Source: Dehalococcoidia bacterium (lineage in GTDB: Bacteria; Chloroflexota; Dehalococcoidia; DSTF01; RBG-16-68-14). From it: a stretch of DNA of 64,000 bases. Both the position numbers and the translations under genes were made by a program. Below, one piece after another: positions 29,189 through 39,439 of the stretch; position 1 is the first letter of the stretch, and every line of letters starts with the position of its first letter. The notes under the pieces are model-generated. The model searched no databases, was not told the DNA's origin, and worked only from the letters and a program-made list of their open reading frames with translations. Location: the NCBI GenBank assembly GCA_040882355.1, contig JBBEBM010000056.1:1-64000 (forward strand), given 5' to 3'.

Positions 29189-30146
29189 ACGCCGCCAGGC
29201 GCTCTTCGCCGGGCGGCGTGTCACGCCTCACCCGCGCTTGCTCGGCCTTCGGCAGGGCCCGTCGCGTGGACGAACGGGGGTCGAGCGCGTCGCGCAGGCC
29301 GTCGCCGATCAGCGTGAAGCTGAGCATCGTCAGGGCAACGACCGCGCAGGGGATGACCGCGTGCTCCGGATGCGAGGCATCGAACGACTCGAGAATAATG
29401 CGGCCCCACGAAGGCCCGGCCAGACCGACGCCGATATAGACGAGCGCCGCCTCGGCGAAGATGGCGGCCGGCACGCCGAAGGTGGCCGTCACGATCACCG
29501 GGGCCAGGACGTTGGGCAGCAGGTGCCGCCGCGCGATCTGCCAGCGGCTCGCGCCGAGCGCCCGCGCGGCCAGCACGAACTCCTCGTCTCGAAGCGCGAG
29601 CGCCTGCGTACGCACCACACGCGCGATCGTCGTCCAGCTCACGAAGCCGATGGCGAGCACGACCATCGTCATGCTCGAGCCCATGATGGTCACGAGCACG
29701 ATCAGCATCAGCAGGTCCGGAAAGGCGTAGGCGACGTCCGTCAGCCGCATCAGCAGCGAGTCAAGCCAGCGCCCGCCTACTCCCGCGCTAAGGCCCACCG
29801 TCAAGCCGATCGCGACCGCGATCACCTGCGAGAGCACCCCCACCGTCAGCGAGATGCGCGCGCCGTGCACAAGCCGGCTGTACATGTCGCGGCCGCCGTC
29901 GTCCGTGCCCAGCCAGAAGTCCGCGCTGGGCCCCTTCCACGTGCCAGCGCCTTGCCAAGCGCTCGGATCGTAGCGATCGACCCAAGGCGCGAGCAGCGCA
30001 AGCAGGCCGAAGACGCCAATGACCACCATGCCAACGACGGCCGGCCGGTTGCGAACGAGCTTTCGAAGCGCGGTGTGGCGGGGGCCCTCGACGCGAGGCG
30101 GCTCCGTGGCGTAGGCGGGAGTAGCGTGGGCGATGACCTCAGCCAT
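29187..30146 (-). CDS. oppC: Peptide/nickel ABC permease (OppC/DppC)
   Basis: WLGTDDGGRD, EEFVLAARALGA, HLLPN, GDGLRDALDP. Confidence 0.9.
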   Translation of the reverse strand: MAEVIAHATPAYATEPPRVEGPRHTALRKLVRNRPAVVGMVVIGVFGLLALLAPWVDRYDPSAWQGAGTWKGPSADFWLGTDDGGRDMYSRLVHGARISLTVGVLSQVIAVAIGLTVGLSAGVGGRWLDSLLMRLTDVAYAFPDLLMLIVLVTIMGSSMTMVVLAIGFVSWTTIARVVRTQALALRDEEFVLAARALGASRWQIARRHLLPNVLAPVIVTATFGVPAAIFAEAALVYIGVGLAGPSWGRIILESFDASHPEHAVIPCAVVALTMLSFTLIGDGLRDALDPRSSTRRALPKAEQARVRRDTPPGEERLAA

Positions 30147-31065
30147 ACGTCGACCGCCTGACGCGCGGGTCGAACAGCGCAGCAACAACGTCGACGACCA
30201 GGTTCGCGACCACGACGGCGACGGCGTACAGGAGCGTCGTCGCCATGATCATCGCGTAGTCGCGCGGCGCGATACTCTCGAAGTACGCCCTGCCGATGCC
30301 GGGAACCGAGAAGAGGTGCTCGACGATGAAGGACCCCGTCACGAGCGCCGCGGCGACGGGCCCGATGACGTTGAGCACCGGAAGCAGCGCGTTGCGCAGC
30401 ATGTGGCGCAGCACCACCACGCGCTCGTTCAGGCCCTTCGCGCGGGCGGTGCGCACGTAGTCCTGGCCGAGCGTCTCCAGCATGCTGGCCCGCGTGACTC
30501 GCGCGATGTACGCGGTTGGCAGCGCGCTGAGCGCCAGTACCGGCATGATCGCTTCCTTCGGGCTGCCCCAGCCTCCTGTCGGTAGCCAGTGGAGCTTCCC
30601 CACGAACAGCACGAGCAGCAGCATCCCCAGAATGAAGCTGGGCACGCTCGCCGCGATGGTCGTGAAGCCGGTGGTGAGGTAGTCGACAGCGGTGTTCCGT
30701 CGTAGAGCCGAGACCACGCCCAGTCCGACGCCGGCCGTCACGCTCACCGCCAGCGCCAGCCCTCCCAGCGTGGCCGAGACGCGGAAGCCATCGGCGAGGA
30801 CTTCTCTCACCGGCCGCTCGCCGTAGTGCGACGAAACGCCCAGGTCGCCCTGGGCGAGGTTCACCAGGTAGAAGCCGAACTGCTGCCACAAGGGCTGGTC
30901 GAGCCCGTAAGCAGCCTTGAGGTTGGCGCAGGCCGGCGGGGTGAGCGGCTTGTCTCGGCCACAGGGACTGCCCGGCATCGCGTGCATCAGCAAGAACGTC
31001 ACCGCCGCGATGGCCAGCAGCACCGGAATGATCGAGAGGACCCGGCGAAGCACGTATGCCGTCAC
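30139..31065 (-). CDS. oppB: Peptide ABC permease (OppB)
   Basis: YGLDQPL, QDYVRTARAKGL, HMLRNAL, DPRVR. Confidence 0.92.
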   Translation of the reverse strand: MTAYVLRRVLSIIPVLLAIAAVTFLLMHAMPGSPCGRDKPLTPPACANLKAAYGLDQPLWQQFGFYLVNLAQGDLGVSSHYGERPVREVLADGFRVSATLGGLALAVSVTAGVGLGVVSALRRNTAVDYLTTGFTTIAASVPSFILGMLLLVLFVGKLHWLPTGGWGSPKEAIMPVLALSALPTAYIARVTRASMLETLGQDYVRTARAKGLNERVVVLRHMLRNALLPVLNVIGPVAAALVTGSFIVEHLFSVPGIGRAYFESIAPRDYAMIMATTLLYAVAVVVANLVVDVVAALFDPRVRRSTYG

Positions 31066-31158
31066 GGCTGCTCCAGATTACACGCGAAGCCCGAGACCAT
31101 CAGGTCTTCGGGCCTCGCGATCCAATCTCTCCGCATCACCGTCAGGGCTTCGGTCCGC

Positions 31159-32835
31159 CTACTCGGGGTCCGACGCCGGCGGCGCGCCGTCCGTCGCCAG
31201 GATGCGCACGTTGCTCTCAAACCAGTCGCCTGGCTCGGCGTCCAGGCCGGTGAAGACAAGCCCATCGACGTTGGCCTTCACCAGGTAGTTGCGCTCGGGG
31301 TGGAAGATCGGCGTCACGACTTGATCGTCGATGATCTGCCGGTGCGCCTCATCGTAGAGCGCGAGCCGCTTCGTCTGGTCCAGCTCCACCGCGGCGTCTT
31401 CGAGCAGGCCGTCGACCTCCGCGTTGCTGTAGCCGTACATGTTGAAGGCGCCGTCGGTGGCGAACTGTTGGGGCAGCCAGTTTTCGGGGTCGGCGTAGTC
31501 GGCGAACCAGCTCTGCCAGATGATCTGGAATTCGCCGGCGCCGAGACGCGCGTTGTACGCCCCTTCCTCCAGCCCCTCGATCTTCAGGTCGATGCCCAGG
31601 TGCTGCTTGAGCTGCTCCTGAACGAACTCGGCCGTCAGCCTGGTCGGCGGCGCGTCGGCGATCGTCAGCGTGATCGACGGGAAGCCTTCACCGTCCGCGT
31701 AGCCCGCCGCCGCCAGCAGCTCGCCCGCCGCAGCCTCGTCGAAGCTCAGGTCCTCGCCTATCGAAGGGTCATAGCCCGGCATGCCCGGCGGCAGCCAGCC
31801 GAGGGCGGGCTTCCCCACGCCGCTGAGCACCGTCGCAACGTAGGCGTCGCGGTCGATCGCGCGGCTGATCGCCTGTCGCACGAGCGGGTCATCAAGAGGC
31901 GCTGCCCGCGTGTTGTACTGCAGGGCGAACGTCTCCAGTTGAGCGTAACGCACCTGCTCGGCATCACCTTCGTAGTCGCTGGCGTCCGGCGGCGGGATCG
32001 AGGTCATGTCGATCTCATCGTTCTGGTACGCGAGGAGCGCGGCGCTGTCGTCGGGAATGATCTTGTAGACGACACGCTCAAGTGTCGGCTGGTCGTCGCC
32101 CCAGTAGCCCGCGTTCGCCTCCAGGGTGATACTGTCGCCGATCGAGTAGTCGGCAAGCACGAACGGCCCGTTACCGATGATGTTGTCAGCGTCCGTCCAG
32201 TCCGCGCCGAACTGCTCAATCACGTCCTGGCGCAAGGGCGCCGCCGGCCACAGGGCCAGCAGCACGGGCAGGGTCGGCTGCGGCTGGACGAGCTTGATCT
32301 GCAACGTGTGGTCATCCACTGCCGTCACACCGACGCCATCGGCGCTCCCTTCGCCCCCAGCGAACTCGCCCGCGCCAACGATCGCGGCGTAGAAGCCGAA
32401 GTAGTAGCCCTGGGCGCCTCCTTCAGGGTCGAACAGGCGTTGGAAGGTGTAGACGAAGTTGTTCGCAGTGACCGGCGCGCCGTCGCTCCACGTGGCGTCG
32501 TCGCGCAGCTTGATGGTGTAGGTCAGTGCGTCCTCGGAGATGCCGCCGTTCTCCTGTGTTGGCACCTCGAGCGCCACGGCCGGCACGACGGTGAGGTCCT
32601 CGTCATAAGTGAAGAGCCCGCGGAAGAGCTGCTTCACCACGCTGATCTCCTCGGAGACTGATGCGAGTTGCGGATCGAGGGTCGATGGGTCACCCGCCAG
32701 TCGAATGCGGAGTTGCTGGTCGGGCCCGCCATCGCTAGAGCAGGCGAAGGCGACGAGCGCGACGAGCGCCAAGACAACTGAAAGCAAGAACCTGCCCCGA
32801 TACAACCGGCTCGCGAACGTTCCAGTGCTTTTCAT
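31159..32835 (-). CDS. oppA: Peptide ABC substrate-binding lipoprotein (OppA)
   Basis: Lipobox AFAC; TLDPQ, WSDG.PVTA, GNGPF, WFADYADPENW. Confidence 0.92.
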   Translation of the reverse strand: MKSTGTFASRLYRGRFLLSVVLALVALVAFACSSDGGPDQQLRIRLAGDPSTLDPQLASVSEEISVVKQLFRGLFTYDEDLTVVPAVALEVPTQENGGISEDALTYTIKLRDDATWSDGAPVTANNFVYTFQRLFDPEGGAQGYYFGFYAAIVGAGEFAGGEGSADGVGVTAVDDHTLQIKLVQPQPTLPVLLALWPAAPLRQDVIEQFGADWTDADNIIGNGPFVLADYSIGDSITLEANAGYWGDDQPTLERVVYKIIPDDSAALLAYQNDEIDMTSIPPPDASDYEGDAEQVRYAQLETFALQYNTRAAPLDDPLVRQAISRAIDRDAYVATVLSGVGKPALGWLPPGMPGYDPSIGEDLSFDEAAAGELLAAAGYADGEGFPSITLTIADAPPTRLTAEFVQEQLKQHLGIDLKIEGLEEGAYNARLGAGEFQIIWQSWFADYADPENWLPQQFATDGAFNMYGYSNAEVDGLLEDAAVELDQTKRLALYDEAHRQIIDDQVVTPIFHPERNYLVKANVDGLVFTGLDAEPGDWFESNVRILATDGAPPASDPE

Positions 32836-32992
32836 GCCATCCTCCTCCAGCCGCGCAGGCGACGCGACCGATAGCGAAGCGGCCGCCTCAGGCAGACGCT
32901 CTCACAGGAGGATCGGCTGGCCGGGCCGCTTCGTAGATTCGGGAGAATACCTAAGGGCGAATACGCGGGAGGCCGTGTGCTATCGTCCAGGC

Positions 32993-34702
32993 GTGACCGG
33001 TGAGCGCGAACTGATCGTTGACCTGATCATTATCATCGGCGCCGCGGCTGGAGGCGGCCTCCTCGCGAGCGCGCTCCGCCTGCCCGTGATCCTGGGCTAC
33101 CTCGCGGCAGGGCTCGTCGTCGGCAACTACATCCCGTTCCTGGAGATGGACGTCGCGCGGGTCGAGGACATCGCGGAGCTGGGCGTCGCCCTCCTCCTCT
33201 TCTCTCTCGGTGTCCAGTTCTCGCTCACCGAGCTGCGCGACGTTCGCCGCGTCGCCATCTTCGGAGGCCTGGCGCAGATCGCGCTTACGATCGCCATGGG
33301 CATCGCGATCGGACTCGCCTTCGGGCTGGACAGCAACGCGTCGCTCCTGCTTGGCGCCGCCATGTCCCTCAGCAGCACGATGGTCGTCTTGAAGCTGCTG
33401 GACGCGCGCGGCGAAATCGACACGCTGCACGGCCGCGTGGCCCTTGGCCTGTTGCTCGTGCAGGACCTGGCCGTCGTCCCGCTCGTCATCCTGGTTCCGG
33501 CTATCGCGGGTGAGACCGGCTTGCCCCTGCTGCAGGAGCTGGCGCTTGCGGCTGGCAAGGCCGCCCTGCTCCTGGGCGCCGGGTACGTCCTGGCGTCGCG
33601 AGTTGTGCCCTGGTTCCTCTTTCGCATCGCCGCCACGGGCTCGCGGGAGCTCTTCCTGCTCGCTGTCCTCTCGCTCGCCTTTGGGCTCGCGGCTGGCAGC
33701 TTCGCCCTCGGCCTATCGATCGCCTTCGGCGCGTTCCTCGCCGGCCTGATCATCTCGGAGTCGGAGTTCAGCCATCAGACGCTGGCGGACGTGCTGCCGC
33801 TGCGCGACGTCTTCGCCACCATCTTCTTCGTCTCGATGGGCCTGCTCATCGACCCGGCCGCCGTGCTGAGCGACCCCGAGCTTGTCGCGGCGGTCACCGC
33901 TGGCCTCGTCCTGGCGAAGCTGGCGCTGACGGCCGCGCCGATCGCGCTGCTCAACTACCCGCCGCGTGTCGCCGCTCTGGTCGGTCTCTCGCTGGCTCAG
34001 GGCGGCGAGTTCTCGTTCGTGCTCACGCGGCTCGGACTCGACGAAGGGATCATCTCGGACGACGTCAGCGCGGCCATCTTGATGGCTGTCCTCCTCAGCA
34101 TCGTTATCAGCTCCCTGCTGTTCCAGAGCGGGCCCGCTCTGCTCGACTGGGCGGAGGCGCGGCCTGTGATCGGTCCCGCCCTCCGCGCGCCGCTCGTCGT
34201 CGAGCTGGGCGATGACCCTGGCTCCTTCAACCAGCATGTGATCGTCTGCGGCTACGGCCGTGTCGGACGCGAGCTCGTGCGTGAGCTCACGCAGCGCGAC
34301 TTCCGATGTGTGGTCGTCGAGCAGAACCCGTACCTGATCGACGAGTTGCGCCGCCTCAGCGTGCCGTTCATCTATGGCGACGCCGGTAACCCGGTCGTGC
34401 TGGACGCCTGCGGTCTCGACCGCGCACGAGTACTCGCGCTCACGCTGCCGGACGCGGCCGCCGCGCAGCTCGCCCTGGCGCACGCCAAACGCACCAACCC
34501 GCGCCTGGACGTCATCGTGCGCGGGCTCGGGCCCGAGGACCACCAACGCCTGCTCGATGCCGGCGCGTCGGAGGTCGTCCACCCAGAGTTCGAGGCGGGA
34601 CTGGAGTTCGTGCGGCACGCGCTGCACCGCTTCGGAGTCGACAGCACCCAGATCCAGGCGCTGCTCGCGCGCCGACGCCGCGATTTCTACCGGGAGCGTT
34701 GA
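32993..34702 (+). CDS. CPA2 cation:proton antiporter with TrkA-N domain (KefC/RosB-like)
   Basis: AELGVALLLF, SLSST, LLVQDL, GAFLAG, QGGEF, C-terminal VCGYGRVG; GTG start 6 nt after TGCTATCGT. Confidence 0.9.
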   Translation: MTGERELIVDLIIIIGAAAGGGLLASALRLPVILGYLAAGLVVGNYIPFLEMDVARVEDIAELGVALLLFSLGVQFSLTELRDVRRVAIFGGLAQIALTIAMGIAIGLAFGLDSNASLLLGAAMSLSSTMVVLKLLDARGEIDTLHGRVALGLLLVQDLAVVPLVILVPAIAGETGLPLLQELALAAGKAALLLGAGYVLASRVVPWFLFRIAATGSRELFLLAVLSLAFGLAAGSFALGLSIAFGAFLAGLIISESEFSHQTLADVLPLRDVFATIFFVSMGLLIDPAAVLSDPELVAAVTAGLVLAKLALTAAPIALLNYPPRVAALVGLSLAQGGEFSFVLTRLGLDEGIISDDVSAAILMAVLLSIVISSLLFQSGPALLDWAEARPVIGPALRAPLVVELGDDPGSFNQHVIVCGYGRVGRELVRELTQRDFRCVVVEQNPYLIDELRRLSVPFIYGDAGNPVVLDACGLDRARVLALTLPDAAAAQLALAHAKRTNPRLDVIVRGLGPEDHQRLLDAGASEVVHPEFEAGLEFVRHALHRFGVDSTQIQALLARRRRDFYRER

Positions 34703-34703
34703 G

Positions 34704-35426
34704 CTAGCGCGCCGTCCAGCCGCCATCGACGATCAGCGGCGCGCCGGTCATGTAAGACGAATCGTCCGAAGCGAGGAACAGCGCCGCCTTCGCTATCTCC
34801 TCGGGCCGCCCCCAACGGCCGATCGGCGTCTGCGTCTCCACCAACTGACGGGTCGCCTCGTTCTCCGCGACCAGCCGCGTCATCGGCGTCGCGATGAAGC
34901 CCGGGTTGATGCAGTTCACCCGCACGCCCCGCCGCGCGTAGGTCAGCGCGACGTTGCGCGTCAGCCCGACGACGCCGTGCTTCGCCGCGACATACGGGTC
35001 CTCCGATCCGATGCCCACCAGCCCGAGGATCGACGCCAGGTTGATGATCGCGCCGCCGCCCTGCGCCGCCATCCGTTCGGCGGCGTGCTTGCAGCCGTAA
35101 TACACGCCCGAGAGGTTCACCGCGATCGTCGTGTCCCAGTCGCGCTGCGAGACACCGGCGTTGTTCACCATCACATCCAGCCGGCCGTAGGCGTCCACCG
35201 CGGCCTGCACGGCCGCCTGCACATCCGACTCCTTCGTCACATCGCACGGCTGGAATCGTGCCTCGCCTCCCGCCGAAGCGATCTCGTCGGCGACCGCGCG
35301 GCCGGCTCCTTCGTCTACCTCAGCGGCGACTACCTTCGCACCCTCGCGGGCGAACTCCAGCGCGATCGCACGGCCGATGCCCGAGCCGGCGCCGGTGATC
35401 AAGGCGACCTTGTCCTGAAGCCTCAT
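34704..35426 (-). CDS. SDR family oxidoreductase
   Basis: TGAGSGIG, NNAG, YVAAKHG, VDGG. Confidence 0.93.
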   Translation of the reverse strand: MRLQDKVALITGAGSGIGRAIALEFAREGAKVVAAEVDEGAGRAVADEIASAGGEARFQPCDVTKESDVQAAVQAAVDAYGRLDVMVNNAGVSQRDWDTTIAVNLSGVYYGCKHAAERMAAQGGGAIINLASILGLVGIGSEDPYVAAKHGVVGLTRNVALTYARRGVRVNCINPGFIATPMTRLVAENEATRQLVETQTPIGRWGRPEEIAKAALFLASDDSSYMTGAPLIVDGGWTAR

Positions 35427-35453
35427 CGTGCCTAGTCCTTTCCTGTCCGGCGC

Positions 35454-35546
35454 CTAGGGCCCGCGGCGCCGCTCGAAGGCCATCGCGATCATGACGACGA
35501 GGCCGATGCCCAAGACGACGAGCAGCGAGACGACAACGGGGTCCAT
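35454..35546 (-). CDS. Putative 30-aa single-TM peptide (MDPVVVSLLVVLGIGLVVMIAMAFERRRGP)
   Basis: Hydrophobic helix with basic tail; high GC3; TACCAT -10-like hexamer upstream. Confidence 0.55.
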   Translation of the reverse strand: MDPVVVSLLVVLGIGLVVMIAMAFERRRGP

Positions 35547-35586
35547 GCGCCTGACATGGTACTTGTAGGGAGCGAGGCCAGTCGAG

Positions 35587-38091
35587 CTACTGGGACGCTT
35601 GCTGCGCGGGCGCCGTTGGGGTGGGCTGACCCGGCGGGAGCGCGGTCGGCGTTGGCTGGTCCGCTGCGGGCGTGTCGTCCGGCAGTACGGGCGAGCCGCC
35701 CGCCCCGTAGGTCACGCGCAGGTAGTTCACCAGGTCCCAGCGCTCGTCCTCTGTCAGCTTGCTCGAGAACGCCGGCATGATCTTCTCGTCGCGGTCCAGG
35801 GGCAGGCCCTCCGAAATCCAGGTGAAGAGCACGCCGTCATTGTGATAGGGAACATGGAGCTCGTAGTCCGGCGGCGCGATCGGCAACGTAGACGCCAGCG
35901 GACCATTGCCCTTGCCGGTATCGCCGTGGCACATCCGGCAGTTCAGCTCGTAGAGTGCCTTCCCGGCGGCCACCGAGCTCTCTGTCGGCGCAACGGGGCT
36001 CGTGGACGGCACAACGTTCTCGTGGACGTCGATGCCGAAGAGCAGCACCGCGCCGATCACCATCATCGCCCCGCCGCCCAGCACAGCCGACTTCGCGGTC
36101 GAGCGGCGCCATGAGGGCGGCCGGTTGTACCAGATCAGCGTCGCGCCCAGCCCCAGCACGATCAGGGCGCCCCCAGCGACCATGTTCCAATCGACGAAAT
36201 CGAACGGCAGGTCGTACAGGCCCTTCTGCTTGGCGACCGGCCCCCCGACCTGTGGCACCGCGAAGTTCGCCTGCACGTCGTCGACTCCTGCGCGCCTGAT
36301 GATGGCCCACACCCGCCAGTCGCCCTGCTGGGTGAGCAGGCTCGAATCGACAGCGTAGGTCCCAGGGTCGCCCGTCGTCGTCATCTCTTGAGACGAGAAC
36401 TGCTGGCCCGCACTCGAGCTCGGCGACACGCTTGGGGCGTCGAAGGAAGCGCGCAGCTCAACTCGTAGCACCTGGCCCAGCTCCGCGCCTTCCTGGGGCG
36501 TCAGCGTAAGCGTGAACGTGTTCAGCCCGACAACGTACGGGCTGATCCGCAGCTCGCCATCCAGGTCGCCGGCCTCGACGCTCTGAACGAAGTCTTCGTC
36601 GGGCTGGCTCTGCGCCTGGCGCAGCTCGCTCTCTGCGGGTGTGGTCTGGACGAGAAAGCTCACGCTCCCCAGCACGAGCACCGCCACCAGGAACTCGGCT
36701 GCGACCGAGTACGGCAGCGCGCGCTGCACGCGAAGCAGTCTCCCTTCGATCCGCTGGAGATCGCGCGCCTCCGGGCGCTCCTCATCACCTCCATAGAGCG
36801 CGTCGGTCGCGTCGACCAGCGCAGGCTTCAGGAACACTGCATTGATGGCGGCGACGCCCAGCAGCGGCACGATCAGCCCCAGCTTCACGATCAACACCCG
36901 GCCGTACGTCGTCTCCCAGAGCGACTCCCAGGTCGGGAGCTGCACGAAGCCGTTGAAGACGCCCGTGCCGATCAGCAGCGCAACGCCGATCACGGCCAGC
37001 CACGAGAAGCGGTCGAACACGTTCGCGATGTAGAGCAGCCGCTCCGGCCCTTGCAACCGCTCGCGCGTCCACCAGAACACCAGCGGCAACTGGAGCAGGC
37101 AGCCGAGCCACGCGGCGGTCGCCGTGAAGTGAACGAAGTCCGAGCTCACCGACCAGAACTCGCCGCCGCCGCCCGCGCCGTGACTGCCCAGCGAGTAGGT
37201 GATCAGCACACCCAGGCTCGCGACCAGCGCAAAGACGCTGGCGGCCGTGGCGGCCACGCCCGCGCGCCAGCGGTCGCTCAGCAGCGCCGGCGTGAACGCG
37301 AGCAAGACCAGCAGCCCGCAGCCCTGCCGCGCCAGCCAGAGCGCGCCCGTTCGCGTGTGGAACAGAATGTCGTCGATCGAACCCGCCCCGCCCAGGCGGT
37401 CCGCCAGCAACGCGAGCTGCGCCGCCCCGGCGAAGAGCAGCACCGGCACGCCCAGCAAGACCAGGTCGCTGGTGACGGTTATGGCCGCCTGCTCCACCCG
37501 GCGCGATTGCTCCTCAGGCAGGAAGCCCGTCGCCGGCCGCGCGACGAACAGGAAGAACATGGTTGCTCCGGCCAGCGTTACTGCCGCGATCAGCGCGAGC
37601 CAGCGCAGCACCGTGTCGCCGCCTTCCGGCAGGAAGCCCTGCGTTCCGCCGCCCTCCGGCGTGAACGCTGTGCCCTGCGGGACGCTGCCGTCAGCGTTGA
37701 GGACGATGAAGCTGAACGAACCGGTCCACTGGTGTCCATCCACCGTAGACACGTTCTCGTAGGTCACGGTGTAGATGCCGGGGGCCAGGCCGGCCGGGAG
37801 CGCAACGGCGGCGTAGTAGGTGTCCTCGTCGGAGAAGATGGTGTCGCCCAGGTGGACAGCGTTGCCCTGCGTGTCCAGCACCTCGACCTTGGTGAGCTGC
37901 CGCTCGAGCGGCTCGCTGTACCAGGTCTGGACGAGCTCGGGCGCCGCCTCGAGCCGCTCGTCCTGCGCGGGCGTCGAGCGTTCCAGCACGGCGTGGGCGT
38001 CCGCGGGCTGCGCCGGCGACAGGAACAGCGCCAGCGCGGCCGCAAACGCGACCAGACCGACAAGCAGCGCGGCCGATCGTACTTGCGGCAT
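35587..38091 (-). CDS. CopC-CopD-cytochrome c fusion (copper uptake/resistance)
   Basis: ADA|HAVLERSTP and DGH CopC ligands; CopD SHG…H…RFS…YGRVLIVK; C-terminal CRMCH heme site with distal MPAF. Confidence 0.9.
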   Translation of the reverse strand: MPQVRSAALLVGLVAFAAALALFLSPAQPADAHAVLERSTPAQDERLEAAPELVQTWYSEPLERQLTKVEVLDTQGNAVHLGDTIFSDEDTYYAAVALPAGLAPGIYTVTYENVSTVDGHQWTGSFSFIVLNADGSVPQGTAFTPEGGGTQGFLPEGGDTVLRWLALIAAVTLAGATMFFLFVARPATGFLPEEQSRRVEQAAITVTSDLVLLGVPVLLFAGAAQLALLADRLGGAGSIDDILFHTRTGALWLARQGCGLLVLLAFTPALLSDRWRAGVAATAASVFALVASLGVLITYSLGSHGAGGGGEFWSVSSDFVHFTATAAWLGCLLQLPLVFWWTRERLQGPERLLYIANVFDRFSWLAVIGVALLIGTGVFNGFVQLPTWESLWETTYGRVLIVKLGLIVPLLGVAAINAVFLKPALVDATDALYGGDEERPEARDLQRIEGRLLRVQRALPYSVAAEFLVAVLVLGSVSFLVQTTPAESELRQAQSQPDEDFVQSVEAGDLDGELRISPYVVGLNTFTLTLTPQEGAELGQVLRVELRASFDAPSVSPSSSAGQQFSSQEMTTTGDPGTYAVDSSLLTQQGDWRVWAIIRRAGVDDVQANFAVPQVGGPVAKQKGLYDLPFDFVDWNMVAGGALIVLGLGATLIWYNRPPSWRRSTAKSAVLGGGAMMVIGAVLLFGIDVHENVVPSTSPVAPTESSVAAGKALYELNCRMCHGDTGKGNGPLASTLPIAPPDYELHVPYHNDGVLFTWISEGLPLDRDEKIMPAFSSKLTEDERWDLVNYLRVTYGAGGSPVLPDDTPAADQPTPTALPPGQPTPTAPAQQASQ

Positions 38092-38094
38092 GCG

Positions 38095-38772
38095 CTATTG
38101 CAGTGTCCTCCTGAGCCAGATCGCCACGCCGCCGACAACCGCCAGCACCACCGCAGCGCCGGCAACGACTGCGACGATGATCAGGCCGGTGTTCGAACCG
38201 CCATCGTCATCGTCCTCTGCTTCTGTCCCGCCTGGAGTGGCCGTCGGCTCGGCTGCGCCCGCCGTGGCCGTGGCCACCGTCGCGCCCTCCGTCGGCGCAA
38301 CGGCCGCGGCCGTCGCGGTCGGGCCCTCCTCTTCGTCGGCGAGGGCGGCGCATTCGGCCTGCTGCTCCGCCGTCGGCTGGACGGCAATGTAGAAGCAGAA
38401 CGAGCCCTCATCATCGTCCGCGTCTTCATCGGAGACGTTCTTCCAACTGACGATGTATCGCCCGGGCGGGAGGTCCCCCGGCAGGGCCGTGAACATGTGC
38501 TTCCTGTCCGCGTCGTCGATCGTGCCGTCGCCCTGGCTGACCTGCGTCTGCTGCTCGTTGAACACGCGCAGGAAGTACTCGCCCGTCCGGCGCGCCATCT
38601 CTTGGGCGTAGAACACGTCGACCTGGGCAGGCGCGGTCGCCACCACCTCATCGATAGCGGGCGTGGACGACTCGTATTCCGCGTGAGCGAAGACCGGAGC
38701 TACGCGCCCGAGGAGCATGAGGCCTATCACGAACGCCAGGAGGGCGAGCAGCCCAGCGCGCAAACGTTTCAT
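38095..38772 (-). CDS. CopC-family protein with C-terminal TM anchor
   Basis: VFA|HAEYESSTPA, LPPGRYIVSW, TM segment followed by RR. Confidence 0.85.
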   Translation of the reverse strand: MKRLRAGLLALLAFVIGLMLLGRVAPVFAHAEYESSTPAIDEVVATAPAQVDVFYAQEMARRTGEYFLRVFNEQQTQVSQGDGTIDDADRKHMFTALPGDLPPGRYIVSWKNVSDEDADDDEGSFCFYIAVQPTAEQQAECAALADEEEGPTATAAAVAPTEGATVATATAGAAEPTATPGGTEAEDDDDGGSNTGLIIVAVVAGAAVVLAVVGGVAIWLRRTLQ

Positions 38773-38838
38773 GTCATGTCCTTCCCAGGCGCTGGCTACC
38801 NNNNNNNNNNGGGGTTGCCAGCCACCCTCATCGACCTC

Positions 38839-39381
38839 TTAGGGAGTCGGCGACGGGGTCGCCGCCGTTTCACCACTGTCTTCGTGCTCTTCCACAGCCA
38901 GTCCTGCGGCCTCGTTGAGCATCGCCCCCGCCTCATCCGCGAATTCGTGCTGGCCGTCGTGCGCGGCAGTCGCGGCGGCCGCGATCGCGGCGTTGTCCGT
39001 GCCATCAAGGGCCGTCGCCAGATCCTCAAGCGCCGTCTGCACCGTATCGGCCCCTGCCTGAAGGTCCTCCGGCCACGCGGTCAGCGCCACGGCGAGCAGG
39101 GCTCGATCGACGCCGCCGGATGCGCCTTCGGGCAGCTCTTCACCCGCGTTCGCAGCCTCGTCGATTCCGTGCAGGCCAGCGTTGTTCAGGATATAGAGCG
39201 CAGCCATCATCTGCGTTTGCTGCTGGGTCTCCTGTACCGACTGCACTTGCGTTGTCAGTTCGTCGATCTGCGCTTCCAGATCGTCCGTATCGCTGCTCGT
39301 GCATGCCCACGCGAACGCGCCCAGGAGCGTGACCGCGCCTAGCGCGACGAGTAGTTTCATGTAACGTCCCATGCGTTGCAT
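38839..39381 (-). CDS. Helical lipoprotein in the copper operon
   Basis: AAGGAGG RBS; lipobox AWAC; GLHGID and AHDGQHE His motifs. Confidence 0.75.
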   Translation of the reverse strand: MQRMGRYMKLLVALGAVTLLGAFAWACTSSDTDDLEAQIDELTTQVQSVQETQQQTQMMAALYILNNAGLHGIDEAANAGEELPEGASGGVDRALLAVALTAWPEDLQAGADTVQTALEDLATALDGTDNAAIAAAATAAHDGQHEFADEAGAMLNEAAGLAVEEHEDSGETAATPSPTP

Positions 39382-39439
39382 GAGACCTCCTTTCATTACG
39401 ATAGCAGGGACGCGGGCCCATCGAGCCCGCATCCTCACG

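Noticed and set aside
38790..38822. Gap inside the cop operon as a possible missing gene or insertion
   Set aside because: The flanks (gctggctacc / gggttgccagc) form an inverted repeat, so this is likely a hairpin-induced gap. The true content is unknown and nothing is claimed.
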